From: Azolla caroliniana
Lineage: Eukaryota > Plantae > Polypodiophyta
DNA: 64,000 nucleotides
Direction: 5' to 3'
Assembly: GCA_043228905.1 (NCBI GenBank)
Contig: JBHGNT010000022.1
Span: 8,370,001-8,434,000 of the forward strand
A model generated the notes under the pieces. The model searched no databases and was not told the DNA's origin. It worked only from the letters and a program-made list of their open reading frames with translations. Shown here piece after piece: positions 12,531-25,709 of the stretch. Numbering within the stretch: the stretch's first letter is position 1; the number at the start of each line of letters is the position of its first letter. The position numbers were made by a program, and so were the translations under genes.

Positions 12531-15500
12531 ATGGACGAATCGTTGGGCGGCATGTTCAAGCTCACCGGCTCCAACTATTCAATGTGGAAGTCGAAGATGA
12601 GGGACATGCTCGTGGTTAAAGATCTTTGGTTGTCGGTTCAGTTCGGGGACAAGAGACTGGACAAAATCGACGCCACGATATGGGAGGTGATGCACATGAA
12701 GACAATGGCTTACATACGGTGCTTCATCGACATGAGTCTATACAACAACTTCAATGAAGAGAGCAAGGCTCATGAGCTCTGGGAGAAGATCGGCATTATC
12801 TTTCAGAACAAAAATGTTGTCAATCAGGTTTCGGTATTTCGGAAGCTAGTAAGACTCTGGTACCAAGATGGCTCCAGCATGGTGGAGCACATGAATGCCT
12901 TCCAAGAGCTGATCCACCAGGCAACATCATTGGAAGTACCTCTTGCCGATGAGGTACTAGCACTACTCTTGCTAGGTTCCCTCCCAGATAGCTGGGAAAC
13001 GTTGGTTGTCACCTTGGGCAACACCAGGCCGGAAGGAAAACGGTTATCCCTAGCAAGAGTGAAGTCGAGCTTGCTAGATGAGGAGGTGCGTCGGAAAGAA
13101 AAGGATACGAGCTCCAACTCCAAAGCTCCTTACCGAATCAGAACGCGGAAGTCAAAGGAACCGGAGTCCCCAGAACCGGGAAAAGTCGGGGACACGGTCA
13201 AAGTCAGGGGGAGGCCTACTTGCTTCTATTGCGGCAAGCCGGGACACTTCCAAAAGAACTGTCGGCATTTCCGAAAAGGCAAGGAAACCGACGGTACCGA
13301 TTCGACGCGGACACCGGACCGGAATGGTAAAGACCGGAAGGGAACGACGGCAATCGCGGCAAGTGAAGAAGAGTTGATGCTCATCACCGAAAAGAGTGAG
13401 ATAAACCTTGCCGGCGACGAGATGACCTGGGTGGTTGACTCCAGAGCGTCGTTCCACCTTACCCGAACCGGAAATGCTTCTCATCCTTCTCAGCCGGTGA
13501 TCACTGTTGTGTCTGGATGGGGAATGAAGGTACATGCCGAATTGTCGGCATAGGAGACGTGTGGTTGACAACACCAACCGGATGCAAGCTGCTGTTGAAG
13601 GATGTTCGACACGTTCCGGAAGTTTGTCTGAACCTGATATCAGCCGGTCAGCTAGATGATGAAGGCTACACGGGTAGCATCCGGAACGGTGTTATGAAGT
13701 TCAGCAAAGGGAGCCTGATTGTGGCTCGGGCCCGGAAGGTAAACACGTTGTACCTGATGAATGCTCGGTTATGTCCGGAGGAAGTGAATGTGGCATCCGA
13801 CACTACCGGTGAGCTGTGGCACAAAAGGCTCTGTCACATGAGCGAGAAGGGGATGAAGAGGCTTGCAGACGACAACCTCATTCCAGTGAAGAACGTGCAC
13901 TTGGAGAAGTGCACTGATTGTCTGGCCGGTAAGCAAAACCGGACCTCCTTCCGACCAAGGCCACCGATGAGACGTAACGCACCACTGGAGTTGGTGCATA
14001 CTGATGTGTGTCAAGTGGACACGAAGTCACATGCAGGATCGCAGTACTTCGTGACGTTCATAGATGACCATAGCCAGAAGCTATGGGCCACATCGTTGAA
14101 GACGAAGGATTAGGTGCTATTCGTCTTCAAAGAGCTCCACGCGAGAGTGGAAAGAGAAACCGGCCGGAAGCTGAAGGCGGTTCGAGTAGATAACAGAGGT
14201 GAATACCGGGGGTAGTTCGAGGAGTACTGTCGCTCGAAGGGAATCTGACTCGAATTTACCGTGCCAAAGACGCCGAAACTAAATGGGCTGGCCAAGAGGA
14301 TGAACTGGACCATAATGGAGAGGGTCCGGAGTATGTTGGCGCATGCAAAACTACCCAAGAAGTTTTGGGCTGAGGCACTATCGACGGCGACATATGTGAT
14401 AAATAGATCACCCTCAGTACCCTTGGACGGAGACACACCGCAGAGAGTATGGACCAGTAAGGAAGTGTCCTACCAGCATCTGAAGGTGTTCGGGTGTCTC
14501 ATGTACGTGCACGTTGCTATGGACCGGAGAGGAAAGTTAGATCCAAAGACCCGGCCATGCATATTCCTCGGTTACGGCGACGATGAGTTCGGCTACCGAG
14601 TGTGGGACCCGGTCGACAAGAAGGTATTCCGGAGTCGAGATATTATCTTCATGGAGGAGAAGACGCTAGCCGACTGGGAGTCGAAGAAGAAGATAATGAA
14701 CTCTGAGTCGATCGGTAAGGATCGATTCTACAATGAGCAGACCCAACCGGCAAGAGACCGGTTAGCACTCGAGGAACCAGCCGTTTACGGTGAGGATACC
14801 AAATTGGCAGAAGAAGAAGTAGAGGAAGCTGAAACCGGAACCGGCCAAGACCCCGAATCGGATTCGGATGAAGAGCAAATGGAGGAGCCGGTTACCGAAG
14901 CCCAAAGACGGAGATATCCTCTCAGAGAGAGAAGGCCCCCCCCCCCCCCCGGAGATTTCCGGATGCAGAGCATGTGCTGTTGACCGATGAGGGGGAGCCA
15001 GAAAGCTTCGAGGAAGCTAAAAGTGATGCCCATAGCCGCAAATGGTTAAGTGCCATGCAGGATGAGATGGATTCCCTGCATGAGAACCATACGTACAAAT
15101 TGGTGGAGTTGTCAAAAGGGAAGCGGGCACTCCAAAACAAGTGGGTGTACAAGTTGAAACCAGGAGATGCCGGCAACCCCCCGAGATACAAAGCCAGGAT
15201 CGTGGTGAAGGGGTTCCAGCAAAAGAAGGGCGTGAACTTCGACGAGATATTTGCCCTGGTAGTAAAGAATACCTCCATCTGGACGGTGCTGAGTATAGCA
15301 GCAAGCATGGATCTCGAGGTAGAGCAGCTGGACGTGAAGACGGCATTTCTTCACGATGACCTCGAAGAGGAGATCTACATGCAGCAACCGAAAGGATTCG
15401 TGGAGAAAGGGAAGGAGCACCTAGTATGCCGGTTGAAGAAGAGCCTGTACGGACTGAAGCAGGCTCCCCAGCAATGGTACCGGACGTTCGACTCCTTCAT

Positions 15501-16284
15501 GACCGATCAAGGGTACCACAAGACGCAGGTCGATCACTGTGTGTTTGTGAAGAAGTTCGAAGGAGGCGACTTCCTGATACTCCTTCTATACGTGGACGAC
15601 ATGTTGATCGTCAGATAGGACCAAGCCAAAATACGGATGCTGAAGAAGGCTCTCAACCGGACCTTCTCAATGAAAGACTTGGGTCCGGCAAGACAGATGT
15701 TTGGTACCCGACCGGATATAGGATATGCAGTCGGAGTGGTAAGCCGGTTTATGAGCAATCTCGGTAAACTACTTGAAGGGCACTTCGAACATGTGTCTCC
15801 GATTCGGCTCCGGAAAACCTCAACTTGACGGTTTTACTGATTCGGACATGTCGGTTGATGTGGATACCAACCGGTCTACATCCGGGTATGTAATGACATA
15901 TGCAGGGGGAGCTGTTTCGTGGCAGTCGAGGCTGCAGAAGATGGTTGCGTTGTCAACCACGGAAGCGGAGTACATGGCGGCTGTGGAAGCCGGCAAGGAA
16001 ATATTATGGATGAAGGACTTCATCGGCAAGATGAATACCGGCTCTATTGCGACAGTCAAAGTGCCATCCACCTTGCTAAGAATGCGGCCTACCATTCCCG
16101 GACGAAGCATATCCAGCGAAGGTATCACTGGATCCGGGAAAGAGTAGATGACCAGGAGTTCGCGTTGACAAAGATCCACACGGCCGAGAACGGGTCATAT
16201 ATGTTGACCAAAGTATTGATACCCGACAAGCTGGATGCATGCCGGAAGCAGATCGGACTAGTAAGACATCCCATGCCGGAGTGA
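12531..16284 (+). pseudogene. Copia D gag-pol polyprotein, disrupted
   Basis: CFYCGKPGHFQKNC, WVVDSRASFH, LWHKRLCH, LVHTDVC, YKARIVVKGFQQ, QLDVKTAFL, LYVDDML, LSTTEAEY, CDSQSAIHL. Frameshifts and an internal RT deletion near 15700. Confidence 0.92.
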
Positions 16285-16294
16285 AGGGGGAGTT

Positions 16295-16930
16295 TGTTAG
16301 GAAACAGGTCCCTCCGGATGGGAAGTAAACCGGATGAGGAGTACCCGGCAACGGAAGACCCGGTGAGAACCGAATGACAAGTACCCGGCTACAGAAGACC
16401 CGGTGAGAGCCGGATGAGGAGTACCCGGTAAGAGCCGGATAGTGAAGGCCCGGTGAGAAGTGCTCATTGGATGAAGGGACATATTCATAAATATGTTTCT
16501 TGAGAGTCCATCGGGGCTATATTTGTAAATAGCCGAAAACTCGTATTAGTATAAATATGACTTAGGGCAAACTTAGTATGTGTAGTTGTCATTCTTGTTG
16601 GCGCAAGATTAGAGCGCAACAGTGTACAGAGAGAGAGAGAGAGAGAGAAAGATATGAAGAGTCTGTATCTCTGTTGTAATCGCCACCTGTGGCAAAGACA
16701 GTGAACAAGAGGTCGTTGCCTCTGTATTCATCTTTTGTATATTGTTACATAGTGATAGTTAGCAGTGATTGGACTGCCGTGGTTTTTCCCGTGTTTGGGT
16801 TTTCCACGTAAACATCCTGTGTACTCTTCTCTCCATTGTGTCGTGCATTCATTACCCGTTTTTTCTCTGTGTTTGATTCTAAGCTCGGTTCTGGCCAAGT
16901 GTTGTTCATAGGAGAGTGTAGTTCCTGTCA
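16295..16930 (+). repeat. LTR 2 of copia D (one fewer 40-bp unit)
   Basis: Highly similar to 11825-12500; 636 bp versus 676 bp. Confidence 0.9.
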
Positions 16931-17182
16931 AAGTGGTATCAGAGCGAAACGACACAGAAAATGGACGAATCGTTGGGCGGCATGTTCAAGCTCATCGGCT
17001 CCAACTATTCAGTGTGGAAGTTGAAGATGAGGGACATGGTCATGGTTAAAGATCTTTGGTTGTCGGTTCAGTTCGGGGACAAGAGACCGGACAAAATCGA
17101 CGCCACGATATGGGAGGTGATGCACATGAAGACAATGGCTTACATACGGTGCTTCATCGACATGAGTCTATACAACAACTTC

Positions 17183-17669
17183 GGAGTCTATCGAAGAGCA
17201 TTGGAATTAAGGGCAGGGGGTAACGATTACGCACCGTAACTTTGTTGAGACCCCGATAATCCACACATAAGCATAAGGAGTTGTCCTTCTTTTTGACAAA
17301 TAAGATTGGTGCCCCGGTCAATGATTTGGAGGGTTGAATGAAGCCCTTCACGAGATTCTCCGCCAGATATGTGGGGAGATCCTCAAGTTTGGGTTCAGAT
17401 AACCCATAGATAGGACCGAAGGGGGGATGCTCGCAAGCTTAGAGTTTGATTGGGCAATCGTAGGGGCAAGGAGCCGGTAACCGATCGGCATTCCACTTTT
17501 CGAAGATGTCGGAAAAGTCGCTATATCATATGGGTAAATTGTTGACAAGAACAGTGATGTCCCCCGACACAACGGCTAGTGTAGCAACCAAACCAGACTC
17601 AACTGCAATGAAATCAAGAGAGTGTCGTGACCTAGCAGGAATTGGCCTTACTAGAAAAGTGATGGAGCG
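17183..17669 (-). pseudogene. Chromovirus B pol, middle part (RT N-half)
   Basis: [54 protein letters not shown]. Confidence 0.88.
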
Positions 17670-18040
17670 GTTACACCCATAGATTGACACATGCGTGATA
17701 TTCGTCATATTCTCCATGCGTGATATTCTCAATATTCGAGAATACGAAATGGCCCCAAGAATATTATAAAACCATTCGTTTTACAAAATATATAAAATAT
17801 TAATTAATTCATTTTTTATTTAAATAAATTTAATTCACTAAAAAAAGAACAATCATTCATTGATAGATTATATACATATGATTAGTATTAACTCTCTTTT
17901 ATAATGTCAAATAAAAAATGGGGAAGTTTATGAACCTTTATTTTAATTAAATTTTTTTATTTTAAAAACGAATATTTGTATATTTATTATAGAAATATGA
18001 TTAGTGTGAAGTCCAATTTTTAATATCAAAATAAAAATAT

Positions 18041-18415
18041 TGTAACAAAATAGCGTGTGCGGAAGCGTATGTGAAACACAGAGTACACAGTTCGGAGGAA
18101 TAAGACAGTTCGGTAAAACACAGAAAACGCAAAGATGGAGAGGGAGAGGGAAAGACAAAGAGAGAGAGAGCAGACAACAAAAAAACTCAAATTCAAAATA
18201 GTGACTCTGTGTATATCATACAGCGTGCTCAATGAGCACCTTTTATACAAGCCCTGACAATCGGGCTGAGAGTACTTGACATTATTCCTTTTGAGGAATA
18301 TCTTTCTAACGGCCTCGCGGTGTTCGCACCGTTACGGCTTACGTTATGCGTAATGTTTTACGCACGCAGTCTACACACTGGGTTACGCACCGAACGTTGA
18401 GCTTGTCACTCAACA
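18041..18415 (-). repeat. 3' LTR of copia C
   Basis: Homologous to 33413-33836 and adjacent to the PPT. Confidence 0.88.
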
Positions 18416-19294
18416 CTCCCCCTCAAGCTCAACTTGAGGTTCTGTCCGCTCTTCCGGATGTACGCTCCGGTTCCTTCTGGCTTCACGCCTCGCTCGCGCT
18501 CCTCGACCCGTTCGATTACACGCGCTTCGACCCTTCCGGTCGGCTTGTCTACTTGTTCGGCCCTTCTCAGCTCCCTTGTTGTCACGGTGTCGGCACATCC
18601 TTCGCTGCCCTTTTCTCCGCATGGCCTTCAGTTGATTCGGTGTATCCGAATCGAACATTCCGATTGAATCGAACACTTCTAATTCAATTCCACTCTCATC
18701 TGAATTGGTTGTCTCCAATTCGTCTCCTGTCTTTAGACCTTTGACAACTTCTGACCACATCTCCGTCTTGGCCTTATCTCCCCCTGATTCGGTTGTCTTC
18801 GACTCTTCCCTACGAATGCGGCCCTTGCTTCTTCGTTCGGCTTCTTCAGCCGGTTCGAAATTGAATTCTCCGTTCGATTCCTCATCACGGTCACTTCCGT
18901 CGTGATGAACTCCCCCGCTCCTTTCACGCTCTTGTTCCAGTTCTTCCTCTTTTCTCCCCTTCAATTTCGGCGTGTCGAGGTGACGCAACCCTAGCTCACT
19001 TGAGAAATATCGTAACTTGTCGAGACCAAGAGGCTGGTGAAGATGTCGGTAACTTGCCAATCCTTCGGAACATACGCTAATTCAACTTCACCTGAAAGGA
19101 CCCGCTCGCGGACAAAATGGTAATGCACCTTAATGTGCTTGGTTCGGGCGTGGAACACAGGGTTTTTCGCAAGGTGGATACTACTGAGGTTGTCACAAAC
19201 TATCGTCGTCGGATCAGACACCTCTACATGCAAATCCTGTAATAGCCGTTTTAGCCAAATGACTTCGCACGTAGTAATAGTCGCCCCTCGATAT
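18410..19294 (-). pseudogene. Copia C RNase H C-terminal part plus a long charged extension
   Basis: CEVIWLKRLL, CDNLSSIHLAKNPVFHARTKHI.VHYHFVRE, then ORF 18410-19060 running to the LTR (…VELEGEC*). Confidence 0.8.
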
Positions 19295-19724
19295 TGTTGT
19301 CCATAGGCCAAAAATATAAATACATTAGGTAAACTCGCCCTCACAATCAGTTGATGGCTCAACTCTGTCTAAAGAGGAAAACTATATAACCGAGATCTGC
19401 ATACCTCAGAAGGGACCTAGATTATTTAGTAAGATTACTATCGTAGCACTGGGCTCTGCACAACCTGTTTCCGACCGAGAGCCGTGTACTGTAATCGATG
19501 TGAGCTTTTCATTTAATATAAATCTCGCTCTTACTGTTCCTTCATCTGTCTATTCTCCCCGGTACTCGCAATCGAGCTACGTCTATGCCTAACGGGTTGT
19601 AGCCCGTGTACGTTCCTCATTCTCATATCGCCTTCTCAGTGTAGAAGAGGCTTCCACGTAACACGATCCCTTGATACTGATAGCCTGTGGGCTCATTGAA
19701 GGTGTTCCCCAGACACGGTCAACA
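19295..19724 (+). repeat. 5' LTR of gypsy F
   Basis: TGTTGTCC...CAACA; lacks a ~60-bp segment present in the 3' LTR. Confidence 0.9.
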
Positions 19725-19795
19725 CAATTTGGCACGCCCAGTTACAGTTGTAAGGTCACAACGAACTACGTAGGAGGTAAACCTCAGCCACCATC

Positions 19796-22700
19796 ATGAC
19801 GCCCAATAGCATCACGCGGTCTCGGCCACCTGCTCGACGCCCTGAGCCAGTCGAAGGAACTTCCGACTCGGCGGTCACTAACCAATCTTTCCAGGAATTA
19901 TCGGAGGCTCACCGGTTGCAATCCTTGCCACCCGATACCCAATCGCGAGTTGTTTCCGCACCGACCTCCCCGCCAAGCCCTCCAGAGTTCAACCAACCTG
20001 ACCCTAACCCTTTTCCGACTTTACCTAAAGAGCCGGATCTCTATAACATAATCGCACACCCGTGCTTTCGTGTCTACATGGCATGCCAACCACTCAACGC
20101 AGCGGTTATCGGCTGTCGAAATCGAGTCCTCCAAAATCGCAGAATTTACTTTATCCCTCAATGGCTCGGCCGCTCGATGGTACTCCCGACTTGACATGGG
20201 GGAGGTCACAACGTTCCATGACGTCCGAACAAAGTTTCTAGAATTATTTCACCGCGAAGTTCCGAAGCGCGAACTGATCCGGCAGTTCTTTTCCATGAGC
20301 CAAGAACCTCACGAGACAGTCGCCCAGTTCACGATCCGGTTTCAGGATCTCTACCAACAACTGGCCGATGATATCTCCACTCATCACATTCCGGATACCT
20401 TCCTGTCCAACCTACGAGAGCCTCTACGAACGACTCTCGCATTTACCAATTTCTCTAACCAAACAATTGAGCAAGTCATTGCACGCGTCCTCGCCATCGA
20501 TAGGACACAACATAACACGACTTTCACCATGGGCTCTTTGCAAAGCACCCTTCCTCAGGAGGACAACCGGTTCCGGCAAGCCCTCCAATGCACAGCTTGC
20601 TCGGGCTCAGGCCATCTGGCTCTTGAGTGCCCTCACCGGCCACATTGTCCAATCTATCAGTCCCGACCCCATAGGGTCGACCAATGCGAATACAACATGC
20701 TCAACCACACAACGACGGCTCCGGTTTGCCAGATAGAGCCTCGAAATACATATTCACGGCAGGACGAACATCAATCATACCGACATCTGGGAAACGAGCG
20801 ACCACGATCCCTGGATCACCAGCACCGCGATGACTACTACCGCCGAAACGACGATCGTTATCGCCACAACAATCGCAAGAGATCATACGACCGTCATGAC
20901 CAATACCAAGATGACCAATATAGAGCAAACGAAGAGTATGATCGGTATGATGACGACCGGGATGACCAGTACGATCAACAGTATTCACGCAACGATAGAC
21001 GAAACTCTTACAAAGGTTCGCGGAACCAGCGATGGCATAACGACAATCGTCATCGGGACCCTCCTCCAAACGGACCACACAACTCTCTTCCCCATGACGC
21101 ACCATGGGCCAACACGCCTACACAAGCGGCTGGGAACCACTCACACCTTCTCCCACACATGGAGCACGGTGACACCAACAACTCAGCATCGGTTACCTAC
21201 TTTAAGTGTAACCAACCCGGTCACTATGCTACCCAATGCCCAACCACGGACCGCGGCAAAGCCCCGGCCGTGAATGCTATTATGGCCAACGTTCAACACG
21301 TCACTACACGCAGCAAATCCTAGGCCATCCAATGGCAGGTACAAGACGGCATCCGACAAGCAGCCAAGGAATGGTTTGACACCGCTAACAAAAGCAATGT
21401 GGAGCGGATGCACACAGAGATGCAAGACGTGACCATCGGAGAACCAAAGTCCACAGGACCATCCACCACGGCAGAAGATGACCATCTGTGGGATGCCCTT
21501 ACCAGTTCTCGGATCTCGCTGCCATTACATAAGCTTTTACCGCTTATGCCACGCTTCCGGAAGACCTTGGCTTCGCTCACGACTAACGACAAATTGGTCG
21601 CACCCCCTGTTAACCTGACTAACCAAGGATGGGCCCACGCATCATGGATTCCCAGAATCCATCCGTGAAAATCATGATTAAAGGACGTGACCTTCATGGA
21701 TGCATAATCGATAGTGGCTCCAACGTGAATGTCATCAGCGAGTCCACATGTCACACACTCGGCCTGAACCAATGGGAACCTTGCCCCTTTTGGCTTCGGA
21801 TGGCCGATACGCGATCGGTTCGCCCCATCGAGTTAATCCGCCACCTTGATTTTACGTTAGGCAGCCACATGTTCACTATCTCGGCAATCGTGTTACGCCT
21901 CGAAGCTCCAGGCGCTTACCCAATGCTGCTTGGCCGACCCTAGCTGCGCACAACAAATATTAAACAACATTGGCAGCGGAATATGATCTCTTTCCGTCGG
22001 GGGAAGACCAAGGTACTGGTAATAACAGAAGAACGCCTAACCACGCCCCACAACACCACACCCTTATACACGGAAGGGGTACACATGCTTGACGGCTTAG
22101 CCGGCGAAGAGTTGGATGACTTCCTGGAAGATCATCCCACTATCATACCCCTCTTCAAAATAAACATCATCTCGGGCTTTGGCACACCATCGGACGAGGA
22201 TGTCACAGCAGATTCACTTCCCCAGGACGAGGCCGATTCCACAACTATCGTGTAATTACGACAAGCTCAAGACGCGTTTGAACGAGAACTTGCCATCTCC
22301 CAGCGAGTCAAAGCATCAATGCTCGAGTCACTGAACCTCGACTCCGACGAGAACCCATGTACACTACAAATCGCTAATGATTTGCCAGCCGACGAACGCT
22401 CAGCCCTGATACGCCTGCTCACGGAGTATCAAGATGTATTTGCATGGTCTTACACTGATATGAAGGCATTGGATCCCTAGTATTACCAACACCAAGTACA
22501 CCTCTTGCCTAACACTCGACATGTCCAACAATGATGGTACCGTATGAACCCCAACTACGCAGCTAAGGTCAAAGAGGAAATCGACAAACTCCTTCGAGTA
22601 GTTTTTATACACCCAGTAAAAAGAGCCACATGGTTAAGCCCAATCGTATTCATGCTCAAGAAAAACGGGAAAATCCGCATTTGCGTGGATTACCGCAAAC

Positions 22701-25200
22701 TCAATGCCGCGACAGTCACGGATGGGTTTCCTCTCCCGTTCACGGATAGTGTCCTCGACATGGTGACTGGTCATGAATGCTACAGTTTCCTCGATGGGTT
22801 TAGTGGCTATAATCAAATCAGAATGCACCCGGACGATTAGGAGAAAACAACATTTCTCACGGAATGGGGTGTCTTCATGGTCGAGGTAATGATGTTCGGA
22901 TTAAAAACGCCACCAGCCACATTCCAACGCATCATCACAGAGATTTTCAATTAGTATATCCCGGCATTCATGCCAGTTTTCCTCGACAACTTTGTCGTGT
23001 ATGGCTAGCGGCTGGAGCATATGACCCAGTTACGCCTCTGTCTCGAGCGATGTCGACAAGCTCAGTTGAGCTTAATCCGGCAAAATGTGCGTTCTTGGTG
23101 ACAAGTGGCAACCTGCTCGGACACATAGTCCACTAGGAAGGTATCGCCATGGACCCTAATAAATTCCATGCCATCTTGAACACTCCCGCGCCCTCTACCG
23201 CGAAGGCTCTCAGCCGATTCCTGGGTCAGATCAGATGGCATAGCCGGATGTTACGACACCTGGGCGATTTCGCGACCCCATTGCACGTGGCTATGCATAG
23301 ACTCCCATTTCAGTGGTCTACAGTAGAAGACGAGGCGTACCAAGCTTTGAAGTTAATGTTATCCCATGCCCCTGTTGTACAACCACTAGTCTGGTCGGAA
23401 CCTTTTCACGTCTTCGTGGACACATCAGATATAGCCATCAGCAACGCGCTCATGCAGCGCACACCACCAAATTGGTACCGGCCAGTGTATTACGCTACCC
23501 GACGACTCTTGACCGCGGAGAAGAACTACTCAACAACGGAACGCAAGGCCCTCGGTATGGTCTACAGCATCAACAAGTTCCAGCATTACCTCTTGGGCCG
23601 GAAATTCACATTCCACGTCGATCACTCGGTTCTCCTCTACTTGGTTGATAAGTAGGCCCTCACAGGTCGCCTGGCCCGATGGATGCTCCTACTACAAGAG
23701 TTTGATTTTCAGATCCAGCACCGGCCCGGAGTCCAACACACCGTAGTTGACTATCTGAGCCGCCTAGAGTCAGGAGAACCAGCTGAGTCCACATAGGATG
23801 ATCTACCCGACGCCGCCCTTTTTAGTCTTGACAAGGTGTCAGACGACAATGAAGATGAATGGATCACGGAGACGACCCATTTCCTCAACACCGGGCTTCC
23901 TCCCGACCACCTAACCCTCGATGCTTGGAAATGACTAGTGGTCAGGAGCCGAAACTTTTGTCTAGTCTTCGACACCCTCTACCACAAAGGCTCAGACGGA
24001 ATCTGGCGTCGGGCAATCCGTCAATTCGAGAAAAACACAATCCTCCAAGAAGCCCATCATGGAATCGCGGGGGGACATTACGCTGGACAGGCCACGGCAA
24101 GAAAAATATGGCAAAGTGGCTTATGGTGGCCTACAACAAAGAAAGATGCTCATGAATTCTGTCGCTAGTGCGATTTGTGTCAACGCATGGGACAACCAAC
24201 CGAGCAATCCCGGATGCCACACCAACCCATTCTCCTATTGGAGCCATTTCAAAAGTGGGGGTTAGATTTTGTGGGCCCTTTCAAACCAGTTGCGGCTCGC
24301 ATCGGTAACAAATACATAATCATGGCCACGAACAATTGCACAAAATGGGTCGAGGCTAAGGAAATGTAGGACAACACAGTTGCAGCCACGGCAAAATTCG
24401 TATACGAACATCTATGGTGCCGATATGGATGCCCAATCGAGCTCGTTAGTGACCAAGGCGGGCATTTTATAAACCACATAATTCACGAGCTCACTACACA
24501 CTATGCGGTCATACATAAGAAAAGTACACCATACTATCCTCAGGCAAACGGATTAGCGGAATCTACGAATAAAATTCTACAAACAATCCTGAAAAAGATA
24601 GTCAATGAGAACCGCACCGATTGGGATGACAACCTCCAGAGTGCATTATGGGCATATCGCACCACATTTAAAACTAGCATTCAATCGACACCCTTTCAGA
24701 TGGCCTTTGGTTTGGAAGCAGTCATGCCGATCGAGTTCCAAGTTCCGAGTCTCCGAGTTCAGGTTAAGGAAAGGCTACCCGAGACCCAATCAGAGCAATA
24801 TCGGCTCGAACAACTCCTCGAACTCGGCGAACATCGAGTGGCTAGCATGGCTCAACTGGAACAACGCCAACGACAACGCAAAGCCTTCGTCGATTGTCAC
24901 CGGAAAGGTACGGAGAAAACACTGACCATCGGCAAACCGGTACTGGTCTTCCAAACACGACTCGATGCTATGCCGGGGAAATTACGATTCCGATGGACAG
25001 GCCCCTTCTGGATAATTGACGAGTTTAACGGCACATTCCAACTCGGCACACTTGCTAGAGACATCGTCAAAAGCTGGGTAAATGGATTCCGACTTCAACC
25101 CTACCACGGGAATACCCCAGATAATCCCTTCCTCGAGTCCCACGGCACCGACCAGTTCACGAACGACGCCTCGAAGAAGGCCACGTGTCCCCATCGATAA
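19796..25200 (+). pseudogene. Gypsy F gag-pol (gag, PR, RT, RH, INT), disrupted
   Basis: Q.PHETVAQFTIRF (gag), IIDSGSNVN (PR), CVDYRKLN and FLDGFSGYNQI (RT), FVDTSD and NYSTTERKAL (RH), [18 protein letters not shown] and RWTGPF (INT). Confidence 0.9.
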
Positions 25201-25709
25201 AATAAGGACCTACCCACCAAATGTATATAGTAGGAATGGTTTTTAGCAGTTAAATTAGCCTTACCTAAAACTACCTAACTAATCACCCCAAATCACAACA
25301 TTTTCTTAGGCGCACCAACTAGTCACCTTCACTTTAAAATAGAATATTTAAGAAGCATGCACACCAGACATAGCACTCTTGGGACACGTGGCCATAATAC
25401 CTTATTATGGCAGCCACAACCAAGAATCTAAAGGATCTTCTCCCTACACAAAACCCTAGGCAGTCACATAAAAGAAACTACCCCACACACAATGTGCCCA
25501 TTCACACAGAAGCGTTCTTGCCTTCACCACCTTCAAGCTCCCAAGCTCTCTCTAGTTCTAATCGCTCCTACAAACAGGCCTCCTCTCGCCCTCGTAGCCC
25601 CTGCACAGAACAACGGTGTCCTCCCCAACCATCTTCTTTCATCTCTCTATCTCGCCCTCGTCTCCTCGCTTCCCCTCACGCCCCCTGTCAGCAAACCTTC
25701 GAGTCCACC

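Larger units (their letters stand above)
11825..17182 (+). mobile_element. Ty1/copia element D (Tork/Tnt1-like) with a tandem second PBS and gag fragment
   Basis: LTR 11825-12500, PBS TGGTATCAGAGC 12504-12515, gag-pol 12531-16284, PPT GAAGGGGGAG, LTR 16295-16930, second PBS 16934-16945, truncated gag 16961-17182. Inserted in the RT of element B. Confidence 0.9.

Noticed and set aside
13152-13577. Numerous antisense and alternate-frame ORFs over the retroelements (e.g. 13152-13577, 20701-21105, 31632-32126)
   Set aside because: Shadow ORFs of GC-rich gag-pol sequence with no recognisable motifs.
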